From positions 39,257 to 63,256 of the forward strand of contig PLWZ01000027.1 of the NCBI GenBank assembly GCA_003151235.1: DNA of 24,000 bases. The letters are read 5' to 3'. Position 1 is the stretch's first letter; each line of letters opens with the position of its first letter. Position numbers and translations under genes: made by a program. The notes beneath the pieces are model-generated. The model saw only the letters and a program-made list of their open reading frames with translations, had not been told where the DNA came from and did not search any database. Source of the DNA: Acidimicrobiaceae bacterium. GTDB taxonomy: Bacteria; Actinomycetota; Acidimicrobiia; Acidimicrobiales; RAAP-2. Below, one piece after another: positions 1 through 8,306 of the stretch.

Positions 1-1113
1 ACCCTTGACAAGAACGTCACCGACTGGGTCGTCTCCCGCAATCCGCACCTGATAACCCGTGAGCGAGCGGCCGGCAGAGACCGATTCCGCGCTCACTGCA
101 CCGTGACCAGTAGCACTCGACGGAGCTCGCACTGAGTTCCATTCCTCGCTCGGAGCGACCATCGAAACAGCAAGCGCCGCCTCTGCCAAGCCATAAGCAG
201 GGCAGAATGCTATGGGATCAAATCGTGCCGCAGCGAAAGCCTCAGAGAACCTTTGCAAGGTAGACGGTCTAATCGGCTCGCCCCCAATAATGCAGGCCCG
301 AACGGACTGCAGGTTGGGAGAAGAACCGCGGCGCTTCACTGCCATTTCCATTCCAAAGTTCGGCGTGCAGGTGATCGTCGACGAGAATTGCTCACACGCC
401 AGCAACCAGTTTGCTGGGCGCTTCAGAAAGGTTGAAGGACTCATGATGACAGTTTCCGTCCCATCGGCCCACTGGGGCCCACCCGCCACCAGTGACGACA
501 AAAGCATTCCAATCAGACCCATATCATGAGACAACGGTAACCAGGAGCAAGCCCCATCGCCGGGTCCAACTTCGAGCCGATTCAGGATAGCCAGAATGTT
601 GGCAACGATCATCCGTTGGGTAAGGCGAATTCCTTTTGGATTCGACGTGCTACCAGACGTGAATTGAACGAGCTCGAACTCGGTGCGTGAAACATCCCGG
701 CTGGGTCGACAATGAAGAACTGTTTCATAGGCCAGTATTTCGATGCCGGCCATCGGCGGAACCAGTGAGATCAGTTCCGCGTCTAAAACCAGTCGTCGCA
801 CCTGCGAAGATCGGCATACTGACTCCACAAACTTCTGATACCAGATCAGGTCCCCCCCTCGCGGGGGCAGCGGCAGAGAGACGACAGTCAAGCCTGATTG
901 GATTGCGCCAAGTAGACAAGTGACGCAGGCTACCGTATTGGACAAGAGCATCGCCGTTGGGCCGTCATTGATAGCGGAAACTCTGGCTCCGTGATCCCAA
1001 AGCTCTCCAACATTGACGTGCCGATTCTCGTCGAGAAAGTGAACAGCTGAGGAACCTAAGCCTAAAGAAATAAGATCAGCCAAGCTCGGCTCCCGAGCAA
1101 GTCGATCGCTCAC
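1..1113 (-). CDS. Fatty-acyl-AMP ligase / AMP-dependent synthetase (N-terminal ~370 codons; C-terminus lies beyond the left edge)
   Basis: Missing from the ORF track because it has no stop inside the window. My manual minus-strand translation from GTG 1113..1111 stays open to nt 1. It reads ...ELVQFTSGSTSNPKGIRLTQRM... (adenylation core motif, nt ~625-670), ...ACSWLPLSHDMGLIG... and ...CPAYGLAEAAL..., all typical of FAAL/FadD-type enzymes. The GTG start overlaps the TGA stop of the upstream gene (GTGA, 1110-1113). Confidence 0.75.
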   Translation of the reverse strand, partial: MSDRLAREPSLADLISLGLGSSAVHFLDENRHVNVGELWDHGARVSAINDGPTAMLLSNTVACVTCLLGAIQSGLTVVSLPLPPRGGDLIWYQKFVESVCRSSQVRRLVLDAELISLVPPMAGIEILAYETVLHCRPSRDVSRTEFELVQFTSGSTSNPKGIRLTQRMIVANILAILNRLEVGPGDGACSWLPLSHDMGLIGMLLSSLVAGGPQWADGTETVIMSPSTFLKRPANWLLACEQFSSTITCTPNFGMEMAVKRRGSSPNLQSVRACIIGGEPIRPSTLQRFSEAFAAARFDPIAFCPAYGLAEAALAVSMVAPSEEWNSVRAPSSATGHGAVSAESVSAGRSLTGYQVRIAGDDPVGDVLVKG

Positions 1114-2060
1114 GGGGAAAGAGAGCTGCAACGTCGTAGATATGCCAATGTGCTTAGAAGGCCAGCAGCCAATGATGTAGTTGGCTCCCAGTCCAAGATG
1201 CACTTAGCCCTCGAGACATCGGGACACCGACGGCGAGGGTCGTCAAGCGGCAGTTCGCTGTGCACGAGCGGAGACGGAGAGCCCGTCAGATCCAAAACCA
1301 TTTGGGCCAGTTCTAATATCGAATGCTCTTCCGGATTACCAAGATTGATTGCACCTACTACGTCTGAGTCTAAGAACGCTAGGACTCCTGAAACAAGGTC
1401 ATCGACAAAACACATACTCCGCGTCTGATTGCCGTCTCCATAAATCGTTAGCGGTTGGCACTGAAGGGCTTGCACCAAAAAATTGACCAATACTCGGCCG
1501 TCATCGAGCCTTTGCCGAGGGCCGTAGGTATTGAAGATTCGTAGGATCCCGACATCGGCACCTTTGTGCCTACACCAGGCCATCGACAGTGCTTCGGCAA
1601 AACGCTTCGATTCGTCGTAAACGCTTCTCGGACCGATGGGGTTTACGTAACCCCAGTAGCTCTCTGCTTGAGGGTGCTCTGTCGGATCTCCGTAGACCTC
1701 GCTGGAGGAAGCGAGCACAAATCGAGCCGCGCTACCTGCAGCCAATTCAAGAGCGTGCCGCGTGCCTTCACTGCCGGCAGCGAGGGTCTCCAATGGCCGA
1801 ACCAGGTACTCCGACGGGGATGCCGGGCTCGCAAAGTGGAGTACAGCGGCGACCGGCTCATCGACTGGCAGGTCGCGACTGACATCGGCCATAACAAACC
1901 GGAAGGCGGGGTGCCCCATCAGAGAGCTCAGGTTGTCCAACACGCCGGTCGAAAGGTTGTCGACACATACAACCCGGTCACCGCGAGCTACCAAGGCCTC
2001 GCATAGGTGGGATCCGAGGAAACCAGCTCCCCCAGTGACCACTACCGGCCGTTGACTCAT
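1110..2060 (-). CDS. UDP-glucuronate decarboxylase (UDP-xylose synthase)-like NAD-dependent epimerase/dehydratase
   Basis: 316-aa ORF. It has the N-terminal Rossmann motif VVVTGGAGFLGSHL and the SDR catalytic YDESK. The stretch SSSEVYGDPTEHPQAESYWGYVNPIGPRSVYDESKR is characteristic of the UXS subfamily. Confidence 0.85.
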   Translation of the reverse strand: MSQRPVVVTGGAGFLGSHLCEALVARGDRVVCVDNLSTGVLDNLSSLMGHPAFRFVMADVSRDLPVDEPVAAVLHFASPASPSEYLVRPLETLAAGSEGTRHALELAAGSAARFVLASSSEVYGDPTEHPQAESYWGYVNPIGPRSVYDESKRFAEALSMAWCRHKGADVGILRIFNTYGPRQRLDDGRVLVNFLVQALQCQPLTIYGDGNQTRSMCFVDDLVSGVLAFLDSDVVGAINLGNPEEHSILELAQMVLDLTGSPSPLVHSELPLDDPRRRCPDVSRAKCILDWEPTTSLAAGLLSTLAYLRRCSSLSP

Positions 2061-2180
2061 AGGAAAGTCCGATCGTCGTGATCGTGGCGATCACTCATAC
2101 GCATAGATCTTGCATTTGAGGTCCGGAGCGATTCAGTGACTGGGCTCTCGGATTCTGCCTGGCGCGCTGGACTGAACCAC

Positions 2181-3491
2181 TCACCTGCGCCCAATCCCGA
2201 AGTAGGTGAAGCCCAGATTTCGCAGCGCTACTCGGTCGAGCAGGTTGCGGGTGTCAAGGATCGTCGGTGCGGTTAGAAGATCCTGGATCTTTGAAAAGTC
2301 GATCGCACGGAACTCGTCCCACTCAGTAAGCAACAAGACAGCCTGAGCTCCATCGCAAGCGGCGTAGGCACTCGCCGCAATGCGCGCATGCTGACCCAGT
2401 TCTGGGAGCTCGTGACTCACCGTTGGGTCGTAGGCTTGCACGCGAGACCCTTCGCTGATGAGACGGCTAACAATTTCCATCGCCGGCGAGCCGCGTCGGT
2501 CGTCCGTTCCCGCCTTAAACGTGAGCCCCCAAACGGCGATCCGAGCGTCCCGTAGTTTCCCGCCCACGGCGAGCCGGACCCTATCGACGATTGCGGAAAC
2601 ATGGTCAGCGTTAGCTGCAATTGCCGCCTTTATTAGTTCGACATTGACGGCTGTCTGCTCCCCAGCCGATACCAGCGCCCGGACGTCCTTAGGCAGGCAA
2701 GAGCCTCCCCACCCAGGGCCCGGACTGAGGTATTCAGAGCCAATCCGCGGATCGTGTCCCATACCAAGGAGGACATCGCCTACGTCTCCCCCTAAGCTGT
2801 CACACAGGTCGGCGACCAGATTGACAAAGCTCAACTTGGTCGCCAGAAAAGCGTTGGAGGCAAGTTTTATTATCTCCGCGCTCTCCGGGTCTGTTATCAC
2901 CAGAGGGCAGCAAGAGAGGCCTGCGATTAGCTTGGCGACCTTTAAGACTGCCGTGTGGTCGCTTCCACCGACGACGACGCGCTCAGGGTGCAGGCTGTCA
3001 TAGACGGCCGAACCTTCCCGAAGGAATTCCGGATTACAGACGAGGGCGGCGCACGACTTGAAGAGTTGCTGTTCCATCCGCCGTGTCCAACCGATAGGCA
3101 CGGTAGATCTAACGGCAAGAATGGTATGCGGTTCTAGATTGCTCCGAACATCACCCAAAACGGCTTCAACCGTGGTGGTATCGACGGTGCCATCATCCAG
3201 GGCTGGCGTTGGAAGGCAAAGGAAGACCACCTCGGCGCCTGCTACTGCAGCGGCCGACCCGACAACGAAGCGCAGACGGCCGGTAGCGAGGCCCTCTCTA
3301 ACCAGCTCGCCAACGCCGGCTTCCAACATTACCGACTCGCCTTGGAGGAGGCGCTCGATCTTGAATCTATCGTGGTCGCCACAACAGACTTCGTGCCCTA
3401 GATGCGCTAGGCACACCGCGGTCGTGAGGCCGGCATAACCAGCCCCGATTACGGCAATTCGCGATAGATCCGGAGCTCGATTGGGGTTCAA
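2181..3491 (-). CDS. ugd: UDP-glucose 6-dehydrogenase
   Basis: 436-aa ORF with the N-terminal NAD motif IAVIGAGYAGL, NPEFLREGSAVYD and the catalytic-Cys motif GWGGSCLPKD. The apparent start is TTG at 3491; I saw no in-frame ATG nearby. Confidence 0.9.
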   Translation of the reverse strand: MNPNRAPDLSRIAVIGAGYAGLTTAVCLAHLGHEVCCGDHDRFKIERLLQGESVMLEAGVGELVREGLATGRLRFVVGSAAAVAGAEVVFLCLPTPALDDGTVDTTTVEAVLGDVRSNLEPHTILAVRSTVPIGWTRRMEQQLFKSCAALVCNPEFLREGSAVYDSLHPERVVVGGSDHTAVLKVAKLIAGLSCCPLVITDPESAEIIKLASNAFLATKLSFVNLVADLCDSLGGDVGDVLLGMGHDPRIGSEYLSPGPGWGGSCLPKDVRALVSAGEQTAVNVELIKAAIAANADHVSAIVDRVRLAVGGKLRDARIAVWGLTFKAGTDDRRGSPAMEIVSRLISEGSRVQAYDPTVSHELPELGQHARIAASAYAACDGAQAVLLLTEWDEFRAIDFSKIQDLLTAPTILDTRNLLDRVALRNLGFTYFGIGRR

Positions 3492-3562
3492 TGCATCACT
3501 TATAGTCGAACTAGATCGACTCTGCCCCGTTTCGCGATCTAGAGGGCCCTGAAGCCGAGAGC

Positions 3563-3694
3563 TTACGGCTTTGCTGCGTCAATCCACCTCTGAACCGGGG
3601 TATCGGCAATGCGCCGCGAGCCCGGCAGATGAGCCCATGATCGGAAACGAGACGTCTCATCCAGAGATAACAAACCCCATGCCCGCCTCGAGCT
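3563..3694 (-). pseudogene. Remnant of an Lsr2 C-terminal (DNA-binding) domain, with no credible start codon
   Basis: Manual minus-strand translation gives ...LSLDETSRFRSWAHLPGSRRIADTPVQRWIDAAKP*. This matches 23 of 35 positions of the C-terminus of the intact Lsr2 at 5278-5601 (LSPDEKSRFRAWAQLPDTRRIVDARVQSWIEAGKP*). An in-frame TGA at 3697..3695 bounds it upstream, and the only possible start is an internal TTG. Confidence 0.5.
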
Positions 3695-3772
3695 TCAGAC
3701 GCTAAGCGTTGCGGAGCCGTTCACCACGGTGAGCAGTGAAGTCGCCTTTCCGTGGAGGATTTCCCGGCTGCA

Positions 3773-5119
3773 TCAAAATGACGATAGATCGCGCCCAACA
3801 AACTCTAGGCAAGCACGCCATGCTGTCTTTACAGTGCCATCGGCCGGATCTCGAAACCAGACTTCCCCGAATTGGCGGTTTTGATTCCACTCCCACGAGA
3901 CCTCCTGTCCCGCTTGGTAGTCCGTTCGGGTTGTCGGAAAGATGCGCAGGGTCGACGTGCCATCAGGGCTAGCTGTTCGGAGAATCACTCCTCGCGCCTC
4001 GTCGATCTCCGATTGGCCGGCTTCGTCATTGAACAACGGAACGTCCATGAATTGAACGAAGTTGTGATCCCGAGGAGCCGACCGCAAAGCTCGCACTATC
4101 TCAAGTCCCGAGTCAACTGCGTCGCGGAGGACCGTAGGGTCAACGGCGCTTCCCTGCTGCGCAATGAGATTCTGAACTGTCGAGAACTGTCGAATCGCTT
4201 GAAGAGTCCCTGGCTCGAGGTTGGCGGCCTCCTCGATTGTTTGGATCATCTGATCGAGAGAACCGAGGACCGCATCGGCGTGGCCAGTAGCCGCCAGCAA
4301 ACGACGGAGCTCTTGCTCAATTTCGTCTGCAACTTGGTTTAGGGACGATCGTGGTAAGCCTGCCCCGGCAAGGTTGCTGATCAGGTCGAAGCTCATCGAT
4401 CGGGGGGCAAGCGCGAACTCTTCTACACGCTGGCCGATCGGACCGGTGGTGTCGATTGCTGTCTCTTGATTCTGCGACGGCTCGGTCGTTGGCCGCGACA
4501 GACCCTTTTTGATTGCCGCTACAGTTTGAGCCGTTTCACTCTTGAGTTGGTTCACTGCTTCGGCCGTTTCGGCCTTATCCAGGCGCTTGGGTAGTGAGAG
4601 CCGGCTCCAGAGGTACAGGAACACAAAGCCACACACGGCGTAGAAAAGGACCACGGCGAGCCCGAAGCCTGCGCTGGATGGGCCGCCGCCAAATCCATTA
4701 CGCAGGGCGTTGCCGAGCTCGCTGAGGGCTTTTGGAGCTCGGCCGAGCTGAACCAAACCGGCACCGACGAGGATTTTGGTCAGCCAATCCGAGACTTGGA
4801 CGAGGTTGTCGTTTCCCTGATAGCGCAGATTTGCCGACGTGACGCCAGAACTACCACTGGTGTCTTTCGTCATAGGCCGCGGTATTCCGAATAGAAGCCC
4901 CAGAAGTGCCCCCGCAAATCCAGAGGCACCAGCCGTGACTAAAGCTGTGCCCAGGACAGACCAGGCCTCGTGTCGCGGGAACTGCAGGATGTAGAAGACG
5001 CAAGCGACAATCCCGCATGCGGCGAGCAAGGGAATGACCAGCCACCAATCGAGCCCGCTAGGCCAGCCTTGCTTCGGCTTGTCAGCCATTAGCCGGAGTA
5101 TTGCAGGACCGGCGACCAA
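3773..5119 (-). CDS. Hypothetical integral membrane protein: four predicted N-terminal TM helices plus a soluble C-terminal region
   Basis: 448-aa ORF. Hydrophobic segments are WWLVIPLLAACGIVACVFYILQF, WSVLGTALVTAGASGFAGALLGLLFGI, ILVGAGLVQLG and GFGLAVVLFYAVCGFVFLYLW. The start is uncertain (TTG 5119 or ATG 5089, neither with a clear SD). I recognised no family. Confidence 0.6.
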   Translation of the reverse strand: MVAGPAILRLMADKPKQGWPSGLDWWLVIPLLAACGIVACVFYILQFPRHEAWSVLGTALVTAGASGFAGALLGLLFGIPRPMTKDTSGSSGVTSANLRYQGNDNLVQVSDWLTKILVGAGLVQLGRAPKALSELGNALRNGFGGGPSSAGFGLAVVLFYAVCGFVFLYLWSRLSLPKRLDKAETAEAVNQLKSETAQTVAAIKKGLSRPTTEPSQNQETAIDTTGPIGQRVEEFALAPRSMSFDLISNLAGAGLPRSSLNQVADEIEQELRRLLAATGHADAVLGSLDQMIQTIEEAANLEPGTLQAIRQFSTVQNLIAQQGSAVDPTVLRDAVDSGLEIVRALRSAPRDHNFVQFMDVPLFNDEAGQSEIDEARGVILRTASPDGTSTLRIFPTTRTDYQAGQEVSWEWNQNRQFGEVWFRDPADGTVKTAWRACLEFVGRDLSSF

Positions 5120-5277
5120 ATTACAACAGAGATCATAGGCGGCCGATGGTGATACCCCTTACTCACCAACTAGCTAATGTTCGCCCCGTTTACCGAGGAG
5201 TTCAATGCACGCCTACAACAGTGGATTTAGTTTGACTGTGGCCCGTGTCGCGACCTGGGGAGCCTAAGTCTTCGAGA

Positions 5278-5601
5278 TCAGGGTTTGCCTGCCTCGATCC
5301 ACGACTGAACCCGGGCATCGACGATGCGCCGGGTGTCCGGCAGCTGGGCCCATGCTCGGAAACGAGATTTCTCGTCCGGAGATAGCCTAGAGAATAGAGT
5401 GCTCCCCCGGCGGGCTGGAGAACTCTTACCGACGGTGCGAGCCTTTTCTACGTACGGCTTCAGAGCCGAACGAAACTGCTCAAGGTTGGACTCGCTTAGG
5501 TCGATCTCGTAGGACTTGCTATCGAGGGAAAAAATGACCGTGTGGTGAGCATCTCCACCATCGAGGTCGTCGATCAGTTTTACAACCACCGTCTGGGCCA
5601 T
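5278..5601 (-). CDS. lsr2: Lsr2-family nucleoid-associated protein (xenogeneic silencer)
   Basis: From ATG 5601..5599 the product starts MAQTVVVKLIDDLDGGDAHHTVIFSLDSKSYEIDLSESNLEQFRSALKPYVEKARTVG.... This parallels the mycobacterial Lsr2 N-terminal dimerisation domain (V.V.L.DD.DG...T..F.LDG..YEIDLS..N...). It is followed by a basic linker and a C-terminal FRAWA...RRI...V..W domain. The longer 158-aa track ORF is probably an upstream in-frame extension. Confidence 0.8.
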   Translation of the reverse strand: MAQTVVVKLIDDLDGGDAHHTVIFSLDSKSYEIDLSESNLEQFRSALKPYVEKARTVGKSSPARRGSTLFSRLSPDEKSRFRAWAQLPDTRRIVDARVQSWIEAGKP

Positions 5602-5614
5602 GGGCCAAGACTTT

Positions 5615-5688
5615 ACACAATGTGTGCGACCTCTCACAATTTGTACCAACTCTGACAATTTGTACCGACACCCACCGTGTGTACCGAC
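5615..5688. promoter_or_regulatory. Cluster of four related ACA(N)TGT-core palindromic half-sites directly upstream of lsr2
   Basis: acacaatgtgt (5615-5625), acaatttgtacc (5636-5647), an identical acaatttgtacc (5655-5666) and gtgtgtaccgac (~5677-5688). Spacing is ~19-21 bp in a locally AT-richer stretch starting 14 bp upstream of the lsr2 ATG. Confidence 0.35.
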
Positions 5689-5789
5689 TCGCCGGCGCTC
5701 CGATGCCAGCGTGGATTGACGTCGCCTGACCTGGGACAGGCGCCAGTCACACATGGCGCCGGGAACCGCAGGTAGAGGAGAACCCGTGT

Positions 5790-5960
5790 CTATCGGAAAG
5801 TCAATAAGTCGATACGATCAAACGCCCAGTCTTGGAGCAACTCGTCCGGAAGGTGATCGGCGTCCTCAGGCCGCAAATACGGAACGATGCGCACGGTGAA
5901 CACTTGGCCCGGCTCGACTAATTGCTGGAGCTTCTCTGTGACTACGACGCGAACGCTCAT
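5790..5960 (-). CDS. Possible small protein (56 aa), below the ORF-track cutoff
   Basis: Manual translation gives ATG 5960..5958 -> MSVRVVVTEKLQQLVEPGQVFTVRIVPYLRPEDADHLPDELLQDWAFDRIDLLTFR*, with TAG at 5792..5790. The composition is balanced, unlike the Arg/His-rich overlapping track ORF 5866..6051. A GGAG sits ~14 nt upstream. No homology recognised. Confidence 0.3.
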   Translation of the reverse strand: MSVRVVVTEKLQQLVEPGQVFTVRIVPYLRPEDADHLPDELLQDWAFDRIDLLTFR

Positions 5961-6063
5961 CAGCGTCAGCTGGTGCTCCAGCCTCGGGCGTAATAATCCA
6001 ATTATGCCAATCTATTGACTGCCAATCGGTGACCTGATTTGGCAGGCACAACCCGATCGCCGA

Positions 6064-6831
6064 TTACGAATTCAGCTGGAACGGGTCTGGCGATGGCCGG
6101 GTGACGTTCAGTTCACAGGCAAAGTGATCCGCCCCTCGCATCCCGGTGACAAAGAGGCGCCCGTCTGCTACGACCGGGACTCCCTCCTCGCTCATGTGCT
6201 GCAGCGTTGTTCGATACCCCTGGGCCACGGCGTCTCTAAAGTCGCTGCCCAAGATCTCGGTGTGAAACGAGACTTGCAAGCGTCGGCCTGCCGGCATGTC
6301 GAGCAGGGCCGCCGCCTGATCACCGGCTCCGTCGACGGCCATGACGACACCCGGTTCATTGATCGAAATAGTGACCACCGTGATCCAGTCCCGGGCTGGC
6401 ACTCCCACAAACTCGACCCCTCGCCACTTGAGTCCAGCTCGCATGGCCGGAGTCAGAGTCGACTCCGAGGGGAAGAAGAGGAGGCGATAGCCGACCGTCA
6501 CGCCATCTTCTGGAGCCGGGCGATCCCAGACCATCCAGGCACGATCCTGACCAGGACGTCGAAGATGCGCTGTCGCAGCGGCCTTCTCCCCCGTCACCCC
6601 GACTCTCCAGCGCTCACCGTGAAGGCTGACCTTCAGCTCCTTGTAGTTGTCGCGGCAAGCAATGTAGGCGTCTGGACCGTGCGCCCAGACCTTCCAAGAC
6701 AACGAAGAGAGTCCATGCTCACCACCCAGGGCAAATCGCAGTTCGGAGGCCATCGCACGATTGTGCCGGATCGGTGTGACGGCCAGCGGACTCGGATAGC
6801 CCGCTCGTCGGCTGAAGCGGCGCCCGCCCAT
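6064..6831 (-). CDS. Hypothetical protein
   Basis: 255-aa ORF with natural-looking composition (...SELRFALGGEHGLSSLSWKVWAHGPDAYIACRDNYKELKVSLHGERWRVGV...). The overlapping 303-aa plus-strand ORF (6124..7035) is Arg/Ser/His-rich shadow sequence. The start could instead be ATG 6753. Confidence 0.55.
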   Translation of the reverse strand: MGGRRFSRRAGYPSPLAVTPIRHNRAMASELRFALGGEHGLSSLSWKVWAHGPDAYIACRDNYKELKVSLHGERWRVGVTGEKAAATAHLRRPGQDRAWMVWDRPAPEDGVTVGYRLLFFPSESTLTPAMRAGLKWRGVEFVGVPARDWITVVTISINEPGVVMAVDGAGDQAAALLDMPAGRRLQVSFHTEILGSDFRDAVAQGYRTTLQHMSEEGVPVVADGRLFVTGMRGADHFACELNVTRPSPDPFQLNS

Positions 6832-6879
6832 GTCGAATGCCCAGTGGATCAGATCGGTAATCGGTGGTCGGAGGAAGTC

Positions 6880-7293
6880 CTAATCGTGGTTTATGTCATT
6901 GGGATTGACGCTGGTGATTGTATTGCCCAGGCCATTGCAAGCGGCCACCATGGCGGAGAGAGTCTTCAGTTGGGCCGGGTAGTCCTGCGAGACGTTTTCC
7001 GAGGCAAAGTCAGAATCCAGCCCAAAGAACGGTGATCCGGCGGCTTGGGCTTCGTCGCTCAGGGTTCCGAGGGTATCCGCAGCGTTTGGATCGAAGAAGA
7101 AGTTCGCCCCTTCGCTGTTCACTCCGATGACGACCTTATTGATCACGCCACAGATGGCCAGATGCTGCGGCATCGATACCGCTGATGAAGGTTGATTCGA
7201 GGACGAGTTCACGGGCGGCAAACTCGAACCACACCCCGTCAACAGACATGCGCAGCATGCGACGGCGATTGTCAGAATGGCCTTGAACTTCAC
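6880..7293 (-). CDS. Putative lipoprotein
   Basis: GTG 7293..7291 is preceded by AAGGA about 8 nt upstream. The product begins VKFKAILTIAVACCACLLTGCGSS, i.e. a signal peptide plus lipobox L-T-G-C. The longer 202-aa track ORF is an upstream extension. Confidence 0.65.
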   Translation of the reverse strand: MKFKAILTIAVACCACLLTGCGSSLPPVNSSSNQPSSAVSMPQHLAICGVINKVVIGVNSEGANFFFDPNAADTLGTLSDEAQAAGSPFFGLDSDFASENVSQDYPAQLKTLSAMVAACNGLGNTITSVNPNDINHD

Positions 7294-7366
7294 TTCGTTG
7301 CGTCCTTTCGTTGGGAGCTGTCGACGGGCCGCTGCTTGGAAGCTCTCCGTCGGGCAGCTCGCTGGG

Positions 7367-7843
7367 TTAGCCATTTGCCGACGAAGAAGTTCCCGGTGGC
7401 GGCCCGCAGTTCTGCAAGGTCCATTGGTTGACACTGTTAGCCGCCGCGTTGGTGGCGGCGCTGTCTTCCAGCCCGCCGAGCAAGCCACCGATCGGATCGC
7501 TAATCAGGTCGTTGGCTTCCTGTTGGAAGGCTTGCTGCAGGATGGCCACGTCGGGCTCGATCGACATCGGAGCGACGTTCTCGAGCTGTTGGAAGAACCC
7601 GGCAATCTGCGAAGGAGCGCTAAGGATGGCTCCCAACGAGTCGATTGGGTCGCTCTGAGAATTCAGGCCGGTGTACTCGGAACGGATCTGGCCACCCTCG
7701 CCGTAGAAGACCGCGCAATAGGCTTCCACCGAGCGGTCGTGGTGGAAATGCTCGTAAGCCCAAACGCCGCCACCGACCAAGACCGCCAGGACGAGCAACA
7801 GGGTTGCAACGCCAGCTGCTCCGGCAGATGACCGGGTAACCAT
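7367..7843 (-). CDS. Hypothetical membrane-anchored / secreted protein
   Basis: 158-aa ORF with one N-terminal hydrophobic helix (VATLLLVLAVLVGGGVW) and an acidic, Gly/Ser-rich extracytoplasmic-looking body. Confidence 0.6.
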   Translation of the reverse strand: MVTRSSAGAAGVATLLLVLAVLVGGGVWAYEHFHHDRSVEAYCAVFYGEGGQIRSEYTGLNSQSDPIDSLGAILSAPSQIAGFFQQLENVAPMSIEPDVAILQQAFQQEANDLISDPIGGLLGGLEDSAATNAAANSVNQWTLQNCGPPPGTSSSANG

Positions 7844-7849
7844 CAGGAC

Positions 7850-8296
7850 TTATGACTCTCGGCGGCGAGCAAAGTCCGCCTGGTGCACCGTCTTGAAGAA
7901 CTCGTCCCGTAGCGCTTCGAAAGCGTGACGCTCAGAGAGGACACCGTCCCGGGTAAACCACCGCAACAGCTGCAGTTGGATTGTCCGCTCGCCGGGGCCA
8001 GACTCAATGACTTGGAGGCCGGCTTGCCACTCCGCCTTTGCTTGCATCTTGCCGCCGGTGAGAGCCGCCCGACGGTGGCAGGAGATGGCCCGGCTGCCGT
8101 CCTGTCGCGTGCCGATCCGGTAGTGGTACCCGGCATCTGTCCACCAGGCACTTAAGCCTGAGTGCGGCACATAGTCGCCGATCATCTGGTCGGCGATGGC
8201 ATAGACCTCGGCGGCGGTGAGCTGGACTTGAGCCCGAACCGGAGCCGCTAGCTGGTCGGTGGTGCGCTGGTGAAGGCGTTTGCTGACAATGCCCAT
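7850..8296 (-). CDS. Hypothetical protein
   Basis: ATG 8296 (MGIVSKRLHQ...) lies 11 nt after the stop of the upstream membrane-protein gene. The product is soluble-looking and I recognised no family. The upstream part of the 186-aa track ORF overlaps the preceding gene. Confidence 0.5.
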   Translation of the reverse strand: MGIVSKRLHQRTTDQLAAPVRAQVQLTAAEVYAIADQMIGDYVPHSGLSAWWTDAGYHYRIGTRQDGSRAISCHRRAALTGGKMQAKAEWQAGLQVIESGPGERTIQLQLLRWFTRDGVLSERHAFEALRDEFFKTVHQADFARRRES

Positions 8297-8306
8297 CGCC
8301 GGGGAC

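Noticed and set aside
3511-3542. Inverted repeat ctagatcg-N16-cgatctag upstream of ugd
   Set aside because: It has a short 8-bp stem, a long loop and no U-tract. It could be an operator or a weak terminator after the Lsr2 fragment, but nothing else supports either reading.
6124-7035. 303-aa plus-strand ORF overlapping the 255-aa and lipoprotein genes
   Set aside because: It has Arg/Ser/His/Pro-rich composition and no motifs, which is typical of an antisense shadow frame in high-GC DNA. The minus-strand ORFs have natural composition, a lipobox and a good SD.
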